Source: Utricularia gibba
Taxonomy: Eukaryota; Plantae; Magnoliophyta
DNA: 64,000 nt
Assembly: GCA_002189035.1 (NCBI GenBank)
Contig: NEEC01000197.1
Span: forward strand, 15,479 to 79,478
Direction: 5' to 3'
Shown here: piece by piece, positions 37,201 through 51,229 of the stretch
Numbering within the stretch: the stretch's first letter is position 1
Layout of the letters: every line of letters starts with the position of its first letter
Notes under the pieces: generated by a model
Seen by the model: the letters and a program-made list of their open reading frames with translations, nothing else
Told to the model about the DNA's origin: nothing
Databases searched by the model: none
Position numbers and translations under genes: made by a program

Positions 37201-40200
37201 TCAGTTGTAGCCCGGAAAATAAGTGATGCATTTATCAACGTTGGGTTTTCGGCGGCTGCCTGAATGGTTTTTCAAGCAATAGCTTGCCATTTTAAGGCGG
37301 GTGCTGTCGTTGGCAGCTTTGTAAGGGCCCAAGGTTCGGTCTGGCTCCTGAGCCCAATCGGGTGCTACTCGATGAAAATCGTGATGCATTTTTGAAGTTA
37401 GGATGTCATGAGCACCCCAAATGGTTTTCAACAACCTGATTTATATTTGAGGAGGCGCTCTAGGCTGGCACTAGTATCGAGCAAATGGTCGAGTCGCGCT
37501 CTGGCCCATAGTCATTTGTAGCCCGGCCAAAAAAGTGATGCATTTATTAACGTTGGGTTTTCGGCGGCTGCCTACATGCTTTTTTCGAGGAAAAGTTGTC
37601 GTTTTTTTGCGGGTGCTGTTGTTGGGAACTTCGTCCGGACCCAAGGTCGGTCTGACTTCACAGCACAATCCGATCCCATTCGACGAAAATCGTGACACCT
37701 TTATTGAAGTTAGGATCTCATGACCACCCCAAATGGTTTTTTCAACAGCATGCTTTACACTTGACAAGGCGCTTTTGTGGGTCACCGAGATCGGGCCGGA
37801 TTCGGGTCGGGCTTGAGCCCATAGTCAGCTGTAGCCCGGCAAAAGAAGTGATGCATTTATTAACGTTGGGTTGTCGGCGGCTGCCCACATGGTTTTTCAA
37901 GCAACAGCTTGCCATTTAAAGTCGGGTGCTGTCGTTGGGAGCTTTGTCCGGCCCGAGATTCGGTCTGGCTACTAAGCCCAATCGGGTCGCACTCGACGAA
38001 AATCGTAACGCATTTGATGTAGTTAGGATGTCATGAGAACCCCAATGGGTTTTCTCAACACTCTGCTATATATTTGAGAAGGCGCCCTCGGAGGGTTTCG
38101 GGATTGGGCCAGAGGTCGGGTCGGGCTCAGGCCAATAGTCAGTTGTAGCCCGGAAAATAAGTGATGCATTTATCAACGATGGGTTTTCGGCGGCTGCCTA
38201 AATGGTTTTTCAAGCAACAGCTTGCCGTTTTAAGGTGGGTGCTGTAGTTGGGAGCTTTGTCAGGGCCCGAGATTCGGTCTGGCTACTAAGCCCAATCGGG
38301 TCGTACTCGACGAAATCGTAATGCATTTGCTTTAGTTAGGATGTCATGAGAACCCCAACGGGTTTTCTCAACACTCTACTTTATATTTCAGAAGGCGCTC
38401 TGGGGGTTTCGGGATTGGGCCAGAGGTCGGGTCGGGCTATGGCCCATAGTCAGTTGTAGCCCGGAAAATAAGTGATGCATTTATCAACGTTGGGTTTTCG
38501 GCGGCTGCCTGAATGGTTTTTCAAGCAATAGCTTGCCATTTTAAGGCGGGTGCTGTCGTTGGCAGCTTTGTAAGGGCCCAAGGTTCGGTCTGGCTCCTGA
38601 GCCCAATCGGGTGCTACTCGATGAAAATCGTGATGCATTTTTTGAAGTTAGGATGTCATGAGCACCCCAAATGGTTTTTCAACAACCTGATTTATATTGA
38701 GGAGGCGCTCTAGGCTGGCACTAGTATCGAGCAAATGGTCGAGTCGCGCTCTGCCCATAGTCATTTGTAGCCCGGCCAAAAAAGTGATGCATTTATTAAC
38801 GTTGGGTTTTCGGCGGCTGCCTACATGCTTTTTTCGAGGAAAAGTTGTCGTTTTTTTGCGGGTGCTGTTGTTGGGAACTTCGTCCGGACCCAAGGTTCGG
38901 TCTGACTTCACAGCACAATCCGATCCCATTCGACGAAAATCGTGACACCTTTATTGAAGTTAGGATCTCATGACCACCCCAAATGGTTTTTTCAACAGCA
39001 TGCTTTACACTTGACAAGGCGCTTTTGTGGGTCACCGAGATCGGGCCGGATTCGGGTCGGGCTTGAGCCCAAAGTCAGCTGTAGCCCGGCAAAAGAAGTG
39101 ATGCATTTATTAACGTTGGGTTGTCGGCGGCTGCCCACATGGTTTGTCAAGCAATAGCTTGCCATTTAAAGTCGGGTGCTGTCGTTGGGAGCTTTGTCCG
39201 GCCCGAGATTCGGTCTGGCTACTAAGCCCAATCGGGTCGCACTCGACGAAAATCGTAACGCATTTGATGTAGTTAGGATGTCATGAGAACCCCAATGGGT
39301 TTTCTCAACACTCTGCTATATATTTGAGAAGGCGCCCTCGGAGGGTTTCGGGATTGGGCCAGAGGTCGGGTCGGGCTCAGGCCAATAGTCAGTTGTAGCC
39401 CGGAAAATAAGTGATGCATTTATCAACGATGGGTTTTCGGCGGCTGCCTAAATGGTTTTTCAAGCAACAGCTTGCCGTTTTAAGGTGGGTGCTGTAGTTG
39501 GGAGCTTTGTCAGGGCCCGAGATTCGGTCTGGCTACTAAGCCCAATCGGGTCGTACTCGACGAAATCGTAATGCATTTGCTTTAGTTAGGATGTCATGAG
39601 AACCCCAACGGGTTTTCTCAACACTCTACTTTATATTTCAGAAGGCGCTCTTGGGGGTTTCGGGATTGGGCCAGAGGTCGGGTCGGGCTATGGCCATAGT
39701 CAGTTGTAGCCCGGAAAATAAGTGATGCATTTATCAACGTTGGGTTTTCGGCGGCTGCCTGAATGGTTTTTCAAGCAATAGCTTGCCATTTTAAGGCGGG
39801 TGCTGTCGTTGGCAGCTTTGTAAGGGCCCAAGGTTCGGTCTGGCTCCTGAGCCCAATCGGGTGCTACTCGATGAAAATCGTGATGCATTTTTTGAAGTTA
39901 GGATGTCATGAGCACCCCAAATGGTTTTCTCAACAACCTGATTTATATTTGAGGAGGCGCTCTAGGCTGGCACTAGTATCGAGCAAATGGTCGAGTCGCG
40001 CTCTGGCCCATAGTCATTTGTAGCCCGGCCAAAAAAGTGATGCATTTATTAACGTTGGGTTTTCGGCGGCTGCCTACATGCTTTTTTCGAGGAAAAGTTG
40101 TCGTTTTTTTGCGGGTGCTGTTGTTGGGAACTTCGTCCGGACCCAAGGTCGGTCTGACTTCACAGCACAATCCGATCCCATTCGACGAAATCGTGATGCC

Positions 40201-40948
40201 TTTATTGAAGTTAGGATCTCATGACCACCCCAAATGGTTTTTTCAACAGCATGCTTTACACTTGACAAGGCGCTTTTGTGGGTCACCGAGATCGGGCCGG
40301 ATTCGGGTCGGGCTTGAGCCCAAAGTCAGCTGTAGCCCGGCAAAAGAAGTGATGCATTTATTAACGTTGGGTTGTCGGCGGCTGCCCACATGGTTTTCAA
40401 GCAATAGCTTGCCATTTAAAGTCGGGTGCTGTCGTTGGGAGCTTTGTCCGGCCCGAGATTCGGTCTGGCTACTAAGCCCAATCGGGTCGCACTCGACGAA
40501 AATCGTAACGCATTTGATGTAGTTAGGATGTCATGAGAACCCCAATGGGTTTTCTCAACACTCTGCTATATATTTGAGAAGGCGCCCTCGGAGGGTTTCG
40601 GGATTGGGCCAGAGGTCGGGTCGGGCTCAGGCCAATAGTCAGTTGTAGCCCGGAAAATAAGTGATGCATTTATCAACGATGGGTTTTCGGCGGCTGCCTA
40701 AATGGTTTTTCAAGCAACAGCTTGCCGTTTTAAGGTGGGTGCTGTAGTTGGGAGCTTTGTCAGGGCCCGAGATTCGGTCTGGCTACTAAGCCCAATCGGG
40801 TCGTACTCGACGAAATCGTAATGCATTTGCTTTAGTTAGGATGTCATGAGAACCCCAATGGGTTTTCTCAACACTCTACTTTATATTTCAGAAGGCGCTT
40901 GGGGGTTTCGGGATTGGGCCAGAGGTCGGGTCGGGCTATGGCCCATAG

Positions 40949-42477
40949 TCAGTTGTAGCCCGGAAAATAAGTGATGCATTTATCAACGTTGGGTTTTCGG
41001 CGGCTGCCTGAATGGTTTTTCAAGCAATAGCTTGCCATTTTAAGGCGGGTGCTGTCGTTGGCAGCTTTGTAAGGGCCCAAGGTTCGGTCTGGCTCCTGAG
41101 CCCAATCGGGTGCTACTCGATGAAAATCGTGATGCATTTTTTGAAGTTAGGATGTCATGAGCACCCCAAATGGTTTTCTCAACAACCTGATTTATATTTG
41201 AGGAGGCGCTCTAGGCTGGCACTAGTATCGAGCAAATGGTCGAGTCGCGCTCTGGCCCATAGTCATTTGTAGCCCGGCCAAAAAAGTGATGCATTTATTA
41301 ACGTTGGGTTTTCGGCGGCTGCCTACATGCTTTTTTCGAGGAAAAGTTGTCGTTTTTTTGCGGGTGCTGTTGTTGGGAACTTCGTCCGGACCAAGGTCGG
41401 TCTGACTTCACAGCAAATCCGATCCCATTCGACGAAAATCGTGATGCCTTTATTGAAGTTAGGATCTCATGACCACCCAAATGGTTTTTTCAACAGCATG
41501 CTTTACACTTGACAAGGCGCTTTTGTGGGTCACCGAGATCGGGCCGGATTCGGGTCGGGCTTGAGCCCAAGTCAGCTGTAGCCCGGCAAAAGAAGTGATG
41601 CATTTATTAACGTTGGGTTGTCGGCGGCTGCCCACATGGTTTTTCAAGCAATAGCTTGCCATTTAAAGTCGGGTGCTGTCGTTGGGAGCTTTGTCCGGCC
41701 CGAGATTCGGTCTGGCTACTAAGCCCAATCGGGTCGCACTCGACGAAAATCGTAACGCATTTGATGTAGTTAGGATGTCATGAGAACCCCAATGGGTTTC
41801 TCAACACTCTGCTATATATTTGAGAAGGCAATTGGGCCAGAGGTCGGGTCGGGCTCAGGCCAATAGTCAAGCCCGGAAAATAAGTGATGCATTTATCAAC
41901 GATGGGTTTTCGGCGGCTGCCTAAATGGTTTTTCAAGCAACAGCTTGCCGTTTTAAGGTGGGTGCTGTAGTTGGGAGCTTTGTCAGGGCCCGAGATTCGG
42001 TCTGGCTACTAAGCCCAATCGGGTCGTACTCGACGAAATCGTAAGCATTTGCTTTAGTTAGGATGTCATGAGAACCCCAATGGGTTTTCTCAACACTCTG
42101 CTTATATTTCAGAAGGCGCTCTCGGGGGTTTCGGGATTGGGCCAGAGGTCGGGTCGGGCTCAGGCCAATAGTCAGTTGTAGCCCGGAAAATAAGTGATGC
42201 ATTTATCAACGTGGGTTTTCGGCGGCTGCCTAAATGGTTTTTCAAGCAACAGCTTGCCGTTTTAAGGTGGGTGCTGTTGGGAGCTTTGTCAGGGCCCGAG
42301 ATTCGGTCTGGCTACTAAGCCCAATCGGGTCGTACTCGACGAAATCGTAATGCATTTGCTTTAGTTAGGATGTCATGAGAACCCCAAGGGTTTTCTCAAC
42401 ACTCTACTTTATATTTAGAAGGCGCTCTTGGGGGTTTCGGGATTGGGCCAGAGGTCGGGTCGGGCTATGGCCCATAG
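40949..42477. repeat. Variant 5-mer HOR A-B-C-D-D
   Basis: Spacing is 1529 bp; D-type heads at 41867 and 42172. Confidence 0.88.
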
Positions 42478-45400
42478 TCAGTTGTAGCCCGGAAAATAAG
42501 TGATGCATTTATCAACGTTGGGTTTTCGGCGGCTGCCTGAATGGTTTTTCAAGCAATAGCTTGCCATTTTAAGGCGGGTGCTGTCGTTGGCAGCTTTGTA
42601 AGGGCCCAAGGTTCGGTCTGGCTCCTGAGCCCAATCGGGTGCTACTCGATGAAAATCGTGATGCATTTTTTGAAGTTAGGATGTCATGAGCACCCCAAAT
42701 GGTTTTCTCAACAACCTGATTTATATTTGAGGAGGCGCTCTAGGCTGGCACTAGTATCGAGCAAATGGTCGAGTCGCGCTCTGGCCCATAGTCATTTGTA
42801 GCCCGGCCAAAAAAGTGATGCATTTATTAACGTTGGGTTTTCGGCGGCTGCCTACATGCTTTTTTCGAGGAAAAGTTGTCGTTTTTTTGCGGGTGCTGTT
42901 GTTGGGAACTTCGTCCGGACCCAAGGATCGGTCTGACTTCACAGCACAATCCGATCCCATTCGACGAAATCGTGATGCCTTTATTGAAGTTAGGATCTCA
43001 TGACCACCCCAAATGGTTTTTTCAACAGCATGCTTTACACTTGACAAGGCGCTTTTGTGGGTCACCGAGATCGGGCCGGATTCGGGTCGGGCTTGAGCCC
43101 AAGTCAGCTGTAGCCCGGCAAAAGAAGTGATGCATTTATTAACGTTGGGTTGTCGGCGGCTGCCCACATGGTTTTCAAGCAATAGCTTGCCATTTAAAGT
43201 CGGGTGCTGTCGTTGGGAGCTTTGTCCGGCCCGAGATTCGGTCTGGCTACTAAGCCCAATCGGGTCGCACTCGACGAAAATCGTAACGCATTTGATGTAG
43301 TTAGGATGTCATGAGAACCCCAATGGGTTTTCTCAACACTCTGCTATATATATTTGAGAAGGCGCCCTCGGAGGGTTTCGGGATTGGGCCAGAGGTCGGG
43401 TCGGGCTCAGGCCAATAGTCAGTTGTAGCCCGGAAAATAAGTGATGCATTTATCAACGATGGGTTTTCGGCGGCTGCCTAAATGGTTTTTCAAGCAACAG
43501 CTTGCCGTTTTAAGGTGGGTGCTGTAGTTGGGAGCTTTGTCAGGGCCCGAGATTCGGTCTGGCTACTAAGCCCAATCGGGTCGTACTCGACGAAATCGTA
43601 ATGCATTTGCTTTAGTTAGGATGTCATGAGAACCCCAACGGGTTTTCTCAACACTCTACTTTATATTTCAGAAGGCGCTCTTGGGGGGTTTCGGGATTGG
43701 GCCAGAGGTCGGGTCGGGCTATGGCCCATAGTCAGTTGTAGCCCGGAAAAATAAGTGATGCATTTATCAACGTTGGGTTTTCGGCGGCTGCCTGAATGGT
43801 TTTTCAAGCAATAGCTTGCCATTTTAAGGCGGGTGCTGTCGTTGGCAGCTTTGTAAGGGCCCAAGGTTCGGTCTGGCTCCTGAGCCCAATCGGGTGCTAC
43901 TCGATGAAAATCGTGATGCATTTTTTGAAGTTAGGATGTCATGAGCACCCCAAATGGTTTTCTCAACAACCTGATTTATATTTGAGGAGGCGCTCTAGGC
44001 TGGCACTAGTATCGAGCAAATGGTCGAGTCGCGCTCTGGCCCATAGTCATTTGTAGCCCGGCCAAAAAAGTGATGCATTTATTAACGTTGGGTTTTCGGC
44101 GGCTGCCTACATGCTTTTTTCGAGGAAAAGTTGTCGTTTTTTTGCGGGTGCTGTTGTTGGGAACTTCGTCCGGACCCAAGGATCGGTCTGACTTCACAGC
44201 ACAATCCGATCCCATTCGACGAAATCGTGATGCCTTTATTGAAGTTAGGATCTCATGACCACCCCAAATGGTTTTTTCAACAGCATGCTTTACACTTGAC
44301 AAGGCGCTTTTGTGGGTCACCGAGATCGGGCCGGATTCGGGTCGGGCTTGAGCCCAAAGTCAGCTGTAGCCCGGCAAAAGAAGTGATGCATTTATTAACG
44401 TTGGGTTGTCGGCGGCTGCCCACATGGTTTGTCAAGCAATAGCTTGCCATTTAAAGTCGGGTGCTGTCGTTGGGAGCTTTGTCCGGCCCGAGATTCGGTC
44501 TGGCTACTAAGCCCAATCGGGTCGCACTCGACGAAAATCGTAACGCATTTGATGTAGTTAGGATGTCATGAGAACCCCAATGGGTTTTCTCAACACTCTG
44601 CTATATATTTGAGAAGGCGCCCTCGGAGGGTTTCGGGATTGGGCCAGAGGTCGGGTCGGGCTCAGGCCAATAGTCAGTTGTAGCCCGGAAAATAAGTGAT
44701 GCATTTATCAACGATGGGTTTTCGGCGGCTGCCTAAATGGTTTTTCAAGCAACAGCTTGCCGTTTTAAGGTGGGTGCTGTAGTTGGGAGCTTTGTCAGGG
44801 CCCGAGATTCGGTCTGGCTACTAAGCCCAATCGGGTCGTACTCGACGAAATCGTAATGCATTTGCTTTAGTTAGGATGTCATGAGAACCCCAACGGGTTT
44901 TCTCAACACTCTACTTTATATTTCAGAAGGCGCTCTTGGGGTTTCGGGATTGGGCCAGAGGTCGGGTCGGGCTATGGCCCATAGTCAGTTGTAGCCCGGA
45001 AAATAAGTGATGCATTTATCAACGTTGGGTTTTCGGCGGCTGCCTGAATGGTTTTTCAAGCAATAGCTTGCCATTTTAAGGCGGGTGCTGTCGTTGGCAG
45101 CTTTGTAAGGGCCCAAGGTTCGGTCTGGCTCCTGAGCCCAATCGGGTGCTACTCGATGAAAATCGTGATGCATTTTTTGAAGTTAGGATGTCATGAGCAC
45201 CCCAAATGGTTTTCTCAACAACCTGATTTATATTTGAGGAGGCGCTCTAGGCTGGCACTAGTATCGAGCAAATGGTCGAGTCGCGCTCTGGCCCATAGTC
45301 ATTTGTAGCCCGGCCAAAAAAGTGATGCATTTATTAACGTTGGGTTTTCGGCGGCTGCCTACATGCTTTTTTCGAGGAAAAGTTGTCGTTTTTTTGCGGG

Positions 45401-48400
45401 TGCTGTTGTTGGGAACTTCGTCCGGACCCAAGGTCGGTCTGACTTCACAGCACAATCCGATCCCATTCGACGAAATCGTGATGCCTTTATTGAAGTTAGG
45501 ATCTCATGACCACCCCAAATGGTTTTTTCAACAGCATGCTTTACACTTGACAAGGCGCTTTTGTGGGTCACCGAGATCGGGCCGGATTCGGGTCGGGCTT
45601 GAGCCCAAAGTCAGCTGTAGCCCGGCAAAAGAAGTGATGCATTTATTAACGTTGGGTTGTCGGCGGCTGCCCACATGGTTTGTCAAGCAATAGCTTGCCA
45701 TTTAAAGTCGGGTGCTGTCGTTGGGAGCTTTGTCCGGCCCGAGATTCGGTCTGGCTACTAAGCCCAATCGGGTCGCACTCGACGAAAATCGTAACGCATT
45801 TGATGTAGTTAGGATGTCATGAGAACCCCAATGGGTTTTCTCAACACTCTGCTATATATTTGAGAAGGCGCCCTCGGAGGGTTTTCGGGATTGGGCCAGA
45901 GGTCGGGTCGGGCTCAGGCCAATAGTCAGTTGTAGCCCGGAAAATAAGTGATGCATTTATCAACGATGGGTTTTCGGCGGCTGCCTAAATGGTTTTTCAA
46001 GCAACAGCTTGCCGTTTTAAGGTGGGTGCTGTAGTTGGGAGCTTTGTCAGGGCCCGAGATTCGGTCTGGCTACTAAGCCCAATCGGGTCGTACTCGACGA
46101 AATCGTAATGCATTTGCTTTAGTTAGGATGTCATGAGAACCCCAACGGGTTTTCTCAACACTCTACTTATATTTCAGAAGGCGCTCTTGGGGGTTTCGGG
46201 ATTGGGCCAGAGGTCGGGTCGGGCTATGGCCCATAGTCAGTTGTAGCCCGGAAAATAAGTGATGCATTTATCAACGTTGGGTTTTCGGCGGCTGCCTGAA
46301 TGGTTTTTCAAGCAATAGCTTGCCATTTTAAGGCGGGTGCTGTCGTTGGCAGCTTTGTAAGGGCCCAAGGTTCGGTCTGGCTCCTGAGCCCAATCGGGTG
46401 CTACTCGATGAAAATCGTGATGCATTTTTTGAAGTTAGGATGTCATGAGCACCCCAAATGGTTTTCTCAACAACCTGATTTATATTTGAGGAGGCGCTCT
46501 AGGCTGGCACTAGTATCGAGCAAATGGTCGAGTCGCGCTCTGGCCCATAGTCATTTGTAGCCCGGCCAAAAAAGTGATGCATTTATTAACGTTGGGTTTT
46601 CGGCGGCTGCCTACATGCTTTTTTCGAGGAAAAGTTGTCGTTTTTTTGCGGGTGCTGTTGTTGGGAACTTCGTCCGGACCCAAGGATCGGTCTGACTTCA
46701 CAGCACAATCCGATCCCATTCGACGAAATCGTGATGCCTTTATTGAAGTTAGGATCTCATGACCACCCCAAATGGTTTTTTCAACAGCATGCTTTACACT
46801 TGACAAGGCGCTTTTGTGGGTCACCGAGATCGGGCCGGATTCGGGTCGGGCTTGAGCCCAAAGTCAGCTGTAGCCCGGCAAAAGAAGTGATGCATTTATT
46901 AACGTTGGGTTGTCGGCGGCTGCCCACATGGTTTGTCAAGCAATAGCTTGCCATTTAAAGTCGGGTGCTGTCGTTGGGAGCTTTGTCCGGCCCGAGATTC
47001 GGTCTGGCTACTAAGCCCAATCGGGTCGCACTCGACGAAAATCGTAACGCATTTGATGTAGTTAGGATGTCATGAGAACCCCAATGGGTTTTCTCAACAC
47101 TCTGCTATATATTTGAGAAGGCGCCCTCGGAGGGTTTCGGGATTGGGCCAGAGGTCGGGTCGGGCTCAGGCCAATAGTCAGTTGTAGCCCGGAAAATAAG
47201 TGATGCATTTATCAACGATGGGTTTTCGGCGGCTGCCTAAATGGTTTTTCAAGCAACAGCTTGCCGTTTTAAGGTGGGTGCTGTAGTTGGGAGCTTTGTC
47301 AGGGCCCGAGATTCGGTCTGGCTACTAAGCCCAATCGGGTCGTACTCGACGAAATCGTAATGCATTTGCTTTAGTTAGGATGTCATGAGAACCCCAACGG
47401 GTTTTCTCAACACTCTACTTTATATTTCAGAAGGCGCTCTTGGGGGGTTTCGGGATTGGGCCAGAGGTCGGGTCGGGCTATGGCCCATAGTCAGTTGTAG
47501 CCCGGAAAATAAGTGATGCATTTATCAACGTTGGGTTTTCGGCGGCTGCCTGAATGGTTTTTCAAGCAATAGCTTGCCATTTTAAGGCGGGTGCTGTCGT
47601 TGGCAGCTTTGTAAGGGCCCAAGGTTCGGTCTGGCTCCTGAGCCCAATCGGGTGCTACTCGATGAAAATCGTGATGCATTTTTTGAAGTTAGGATGTCAT
47701 GAGCACCCCAAATGGTTTTCTCAACAACCTGATTTATATTTGAGGAGGCGCTCTAGGCTGGCACTAGTATCGAGCAAATGGTCGAGTCGCGCTCTGGCCC
47801 ATAGTCATTTGTAGCCCGGCCAAAAAAGTGATGCATTTATTAACGTTGGGTTTTCGGCGGCTGCCTACATGCTTTTTTCGAGGAAAAGTTGTCGTTTTTT
47901 TGCGGGTGCTGTTGTTGGGAACTTCGTCCGGACCCAAGGATCGGTCTGACTTCACAGCACAATCCGATCCCATTCGACGAAAATCGTGATGCCTTTATTG
48001 AAGTTAGGATCTCATGACCACCCCAAATGGTTTTTTCAACAGCATGCTTTACACTTGACAAGGCGCTTTTGTGGGTCACCGAGATCGGGCCGGATTCGGG
48101 TCGGGCTTGAGCCCAAAGTCAGCTGTAGCCCGGCAAAAGAAGTGATGCATTTATTAACGTTGGGTTGTCGGCGGCTGCCCACATGGTTTGTCAAGCAATA
48201 GCTTGCCATTTAAAGTTGGGAGCTTTGTCCGGCCCGAGATTCGGTCTGGCTACTAAGCCCAATCGGGTCGCACTCGACGAAAATCGTAACGCATTTGATG
48301 TAGTTAGGATGTCATGAGAACCCCAATGGGTTTTCTCAACACTCTGCTATATATTTGAGAAGGCGCCCTCGGAGGGTTTCGGGATTGGGCCAGAGGTCGG

Positions 48401-51229
48401 GTCGGGCTCAGGCCAATAGTCAGTTGTAGCCCGGAAAATAAGTGATGCATTTATCAACGATGGGTTTTCGGCGGCTGCCTAAATGGTTTTTCAAGCAACA
48501 GCTTGCCGTTTTAAGGTGGGTGCTGTAGTTGGGAGCTTTGTCAGGGCCCGAGATTCGGTCTGGCTACTAAGCCCAATCGGGTCGTACTCGACGAAATCGT
48601 AATGCATTTGCTTTAGTTAGGATGTCATGAGAACCCCAACGGGTTTTCTCAACACTCTACTTTATATTTCAGAAGGCGCTCTTGGGGGTTTCGGGATTGG
48701 GCCAGAGGTCGGGTCGGGCTATGGCCCATAGTCAGTTGTAGCCCGGAAAATAAGTGATGCATTTATCAACGTTGGGTTTTCGGCGGCTGCCTGAATGGTT
48801 TTTCAAGCAATAGCTTGCCATTTTAAGGCGGGTGCTGTCGTTGGCAGCTTTGTAAGGGCCCAAGGTTCGGTCTGGCTCCTGAGCCCAATCGGGTGCTACT
48901 CGATGAAAATCGTGATGCATTTTTTGAAGTTAGGATGTCATGAGCACCCCAAATGGTTTTCTCAACAACCTGATTTATATTTGAGGAGGCGCTCTAGGCT
49001 GGCACTAGTATCGAGCAAATGGTCGAGTCGCGCTCTGGCCCATAGTCATTTGTAGCCCGGCCAAAAAAGTGATGCATTTATTAACGTTGGGTTTTCGGCG
49101 GCTGCCTACATGCTTTTTTCGAGGAAAAGTTGTCGTTTTTTTGCGGGTGCTGTTGTTGGGAACTTCGTCCGGACCCAAGGATCGGTCTGACTTCACAGCA
49201 CAATCCGATCCCATTCGACGAAAATCGTGACCTTTATTGAAGTTAGGATCTCATGACCCCCCAAATGGTTTTTTCAACAGCATGCTTTACACTTGACAAG
49301 GCGCTTTTGTGGGTCACCGAGATCGGGCCGGATTCGGGTCGGGCTTGAGCCCAAAGTCAGCTGTAGCCCGGCAAAAGAAGTGATGCATTTATTAACGTTG
49401 GGTTGTCGGCGGCTGCCCACATGGTTTTCAAGCAATAGCTTGCCATTTAAAGCGGGTGCTGTCGTTGGGAGCTTTGTCCGGCCCGAGATTCGGTCTGGCT
49501 ACTAAGCCCAATCGGGTCGCACTCGACGAAAATCGTAACGCATTTGATAGTTAGGATGTCATGAGAACCCCAATGGGTTTTCTCAACACTCTGCTATATA
49601 TTTGAGAAGGCGCCCTCGGAGGGTTTCGGGATTGGGCCAGAGGTCGGGTCGGGCTCAGGCCAATAGTCAGTTGTAGCCCGGAAAATAAGTGATGCATTTA
49701 TCAACGATGGGTTTTCGGCGGCTGCCTAAATGGTTTTTCAAGCAACAGCTTGCCGTTTTAAGGTGGGTGCTGTAGTTGGAGCTTTGTCAGGGCCCGAGAT
49801 TCGGTCTGGCTACTAAGCCCAATCGGGTCGTACTCGACGAAATCGTAATGCATTTGCTTTAGTTAGGATGTCATGAGAACCCCAACGGGTTTTCTCAACA
49901 CTCTACTTATATTTCAGAAGGCGCTCTTTGGGGGTTTCGGGATTGGGCCAGAGGTCGGGTCGGGCTATGGCCCATAGTCAGTTGTAGCCCGGAAAATAAG
50001 TGATGCATTTATCAACGTTGGGTTTTCGGCGGCTGCCTGAATGGTTTTTCAAGCAATAGCTTGCCATTTTAAGGCGGGTGCTGTCGTTGGCAGCTTTGTA
50101 AGGGCCCAAGGTTCGGTCTGGCTCCTGAGCCCAATCGGGTGCTACTCGATGAAAATCGTGATGCATTTTTTGAAGTTAGGATGTCATGAGCACCCCAAAT
50201 GGTTTTCTCAACAACCTGATTTATATTTGAGGAGGCGCTCTAGGCTGGCACTAGTATCGAGCAAATGGTCGAGTCGCGCTCTGGCCCATAGTCATTTGTA
50301 GCCCGGCCAAAAAAGTGATGCATTTATTAACGTTGGGTTTTCGGCGGCTGCCTACATGCTTTTTTCGAGGAAAAGTTGTCGTTTTTTTGCGGGTGCTGTT
50401 GTTGGGAACTTCGTCCGGACCCAAGGATCGGTCTGACTTCACAGCACAATCCGATCCCATTCGACGTAAATCGTGACACCTTTATTGAAGTTAGGATCTC
50501 ATGACCACCCCAAATGGTTTTTTCAACAGCATGCTTTACACTTGACAAGGCGCTTTTGTGGGTCACCGAGATCGGGCCGGATTCGGGTCGGGCTTGAGCC
50601 CAAAGTCAGCTGTAGCCCGGCAAAAGAAGTGATGCATTTATTAACGTTGGGTTGTCGGCGGCTGCCCACATGGTTTGTCAAGCAATAGCTTGCCATTTAA
50701 AGTCGGGTGCTGTCGTTGGGAGCTTTGTCCGGCCCGAGATTCGGTCTGGCTACTAAGCCCAATCGGGTCGCACTCGACGAAAATCGTAACGCATTTGATG
50801 TAGTTAGGATGTCATGAGAACCCCAATGGGTTTTCTCAACACTCTGCTATATATTTGAGAAGGCGCCCTCGGAGGGTTTCGGGATTGGGCCAGAGGTCGG
50901 GTCGGGCTCAGGCCAATAGTCAGTTGTAGCCCGGAAAATAAGTGATGCATTTATCAACGATGGGTTTTCGGCGGCTGCCTAAATGGTTTTTCAAGCAACA
51001 GCTTGCCGTTTTAAGGTGGTGCTGTAGTTGGGAGCTTTGTCAGGGCCCGAGATTCGGTCTGGCTACTAAGCCCAATCGGGTCGTACTCGACGAAATCGTA
51101 ATGCATTTGCTTTAGTTAGGATGTCATGAGAACCCCAACGGGTTTTCTCACACTCTACTTTATATTTCAGAAGGCGCTCTTGGGGGTTTCGGGATTGGGC
51201 CAGAGGTCGGGTCGGGCTATGGCCCATAG

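Larger units (their letters stand above)
24112..47490. repeat. Candidate tandem duplication of a ~11.69-kb block (9 HORs, 2 copies)
   Basis: Matched HOR starts are offset by 11679-11697 bp. The 5-mers and diagnostic alleles occur in the same order in both copies. Confidence 0.65.
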
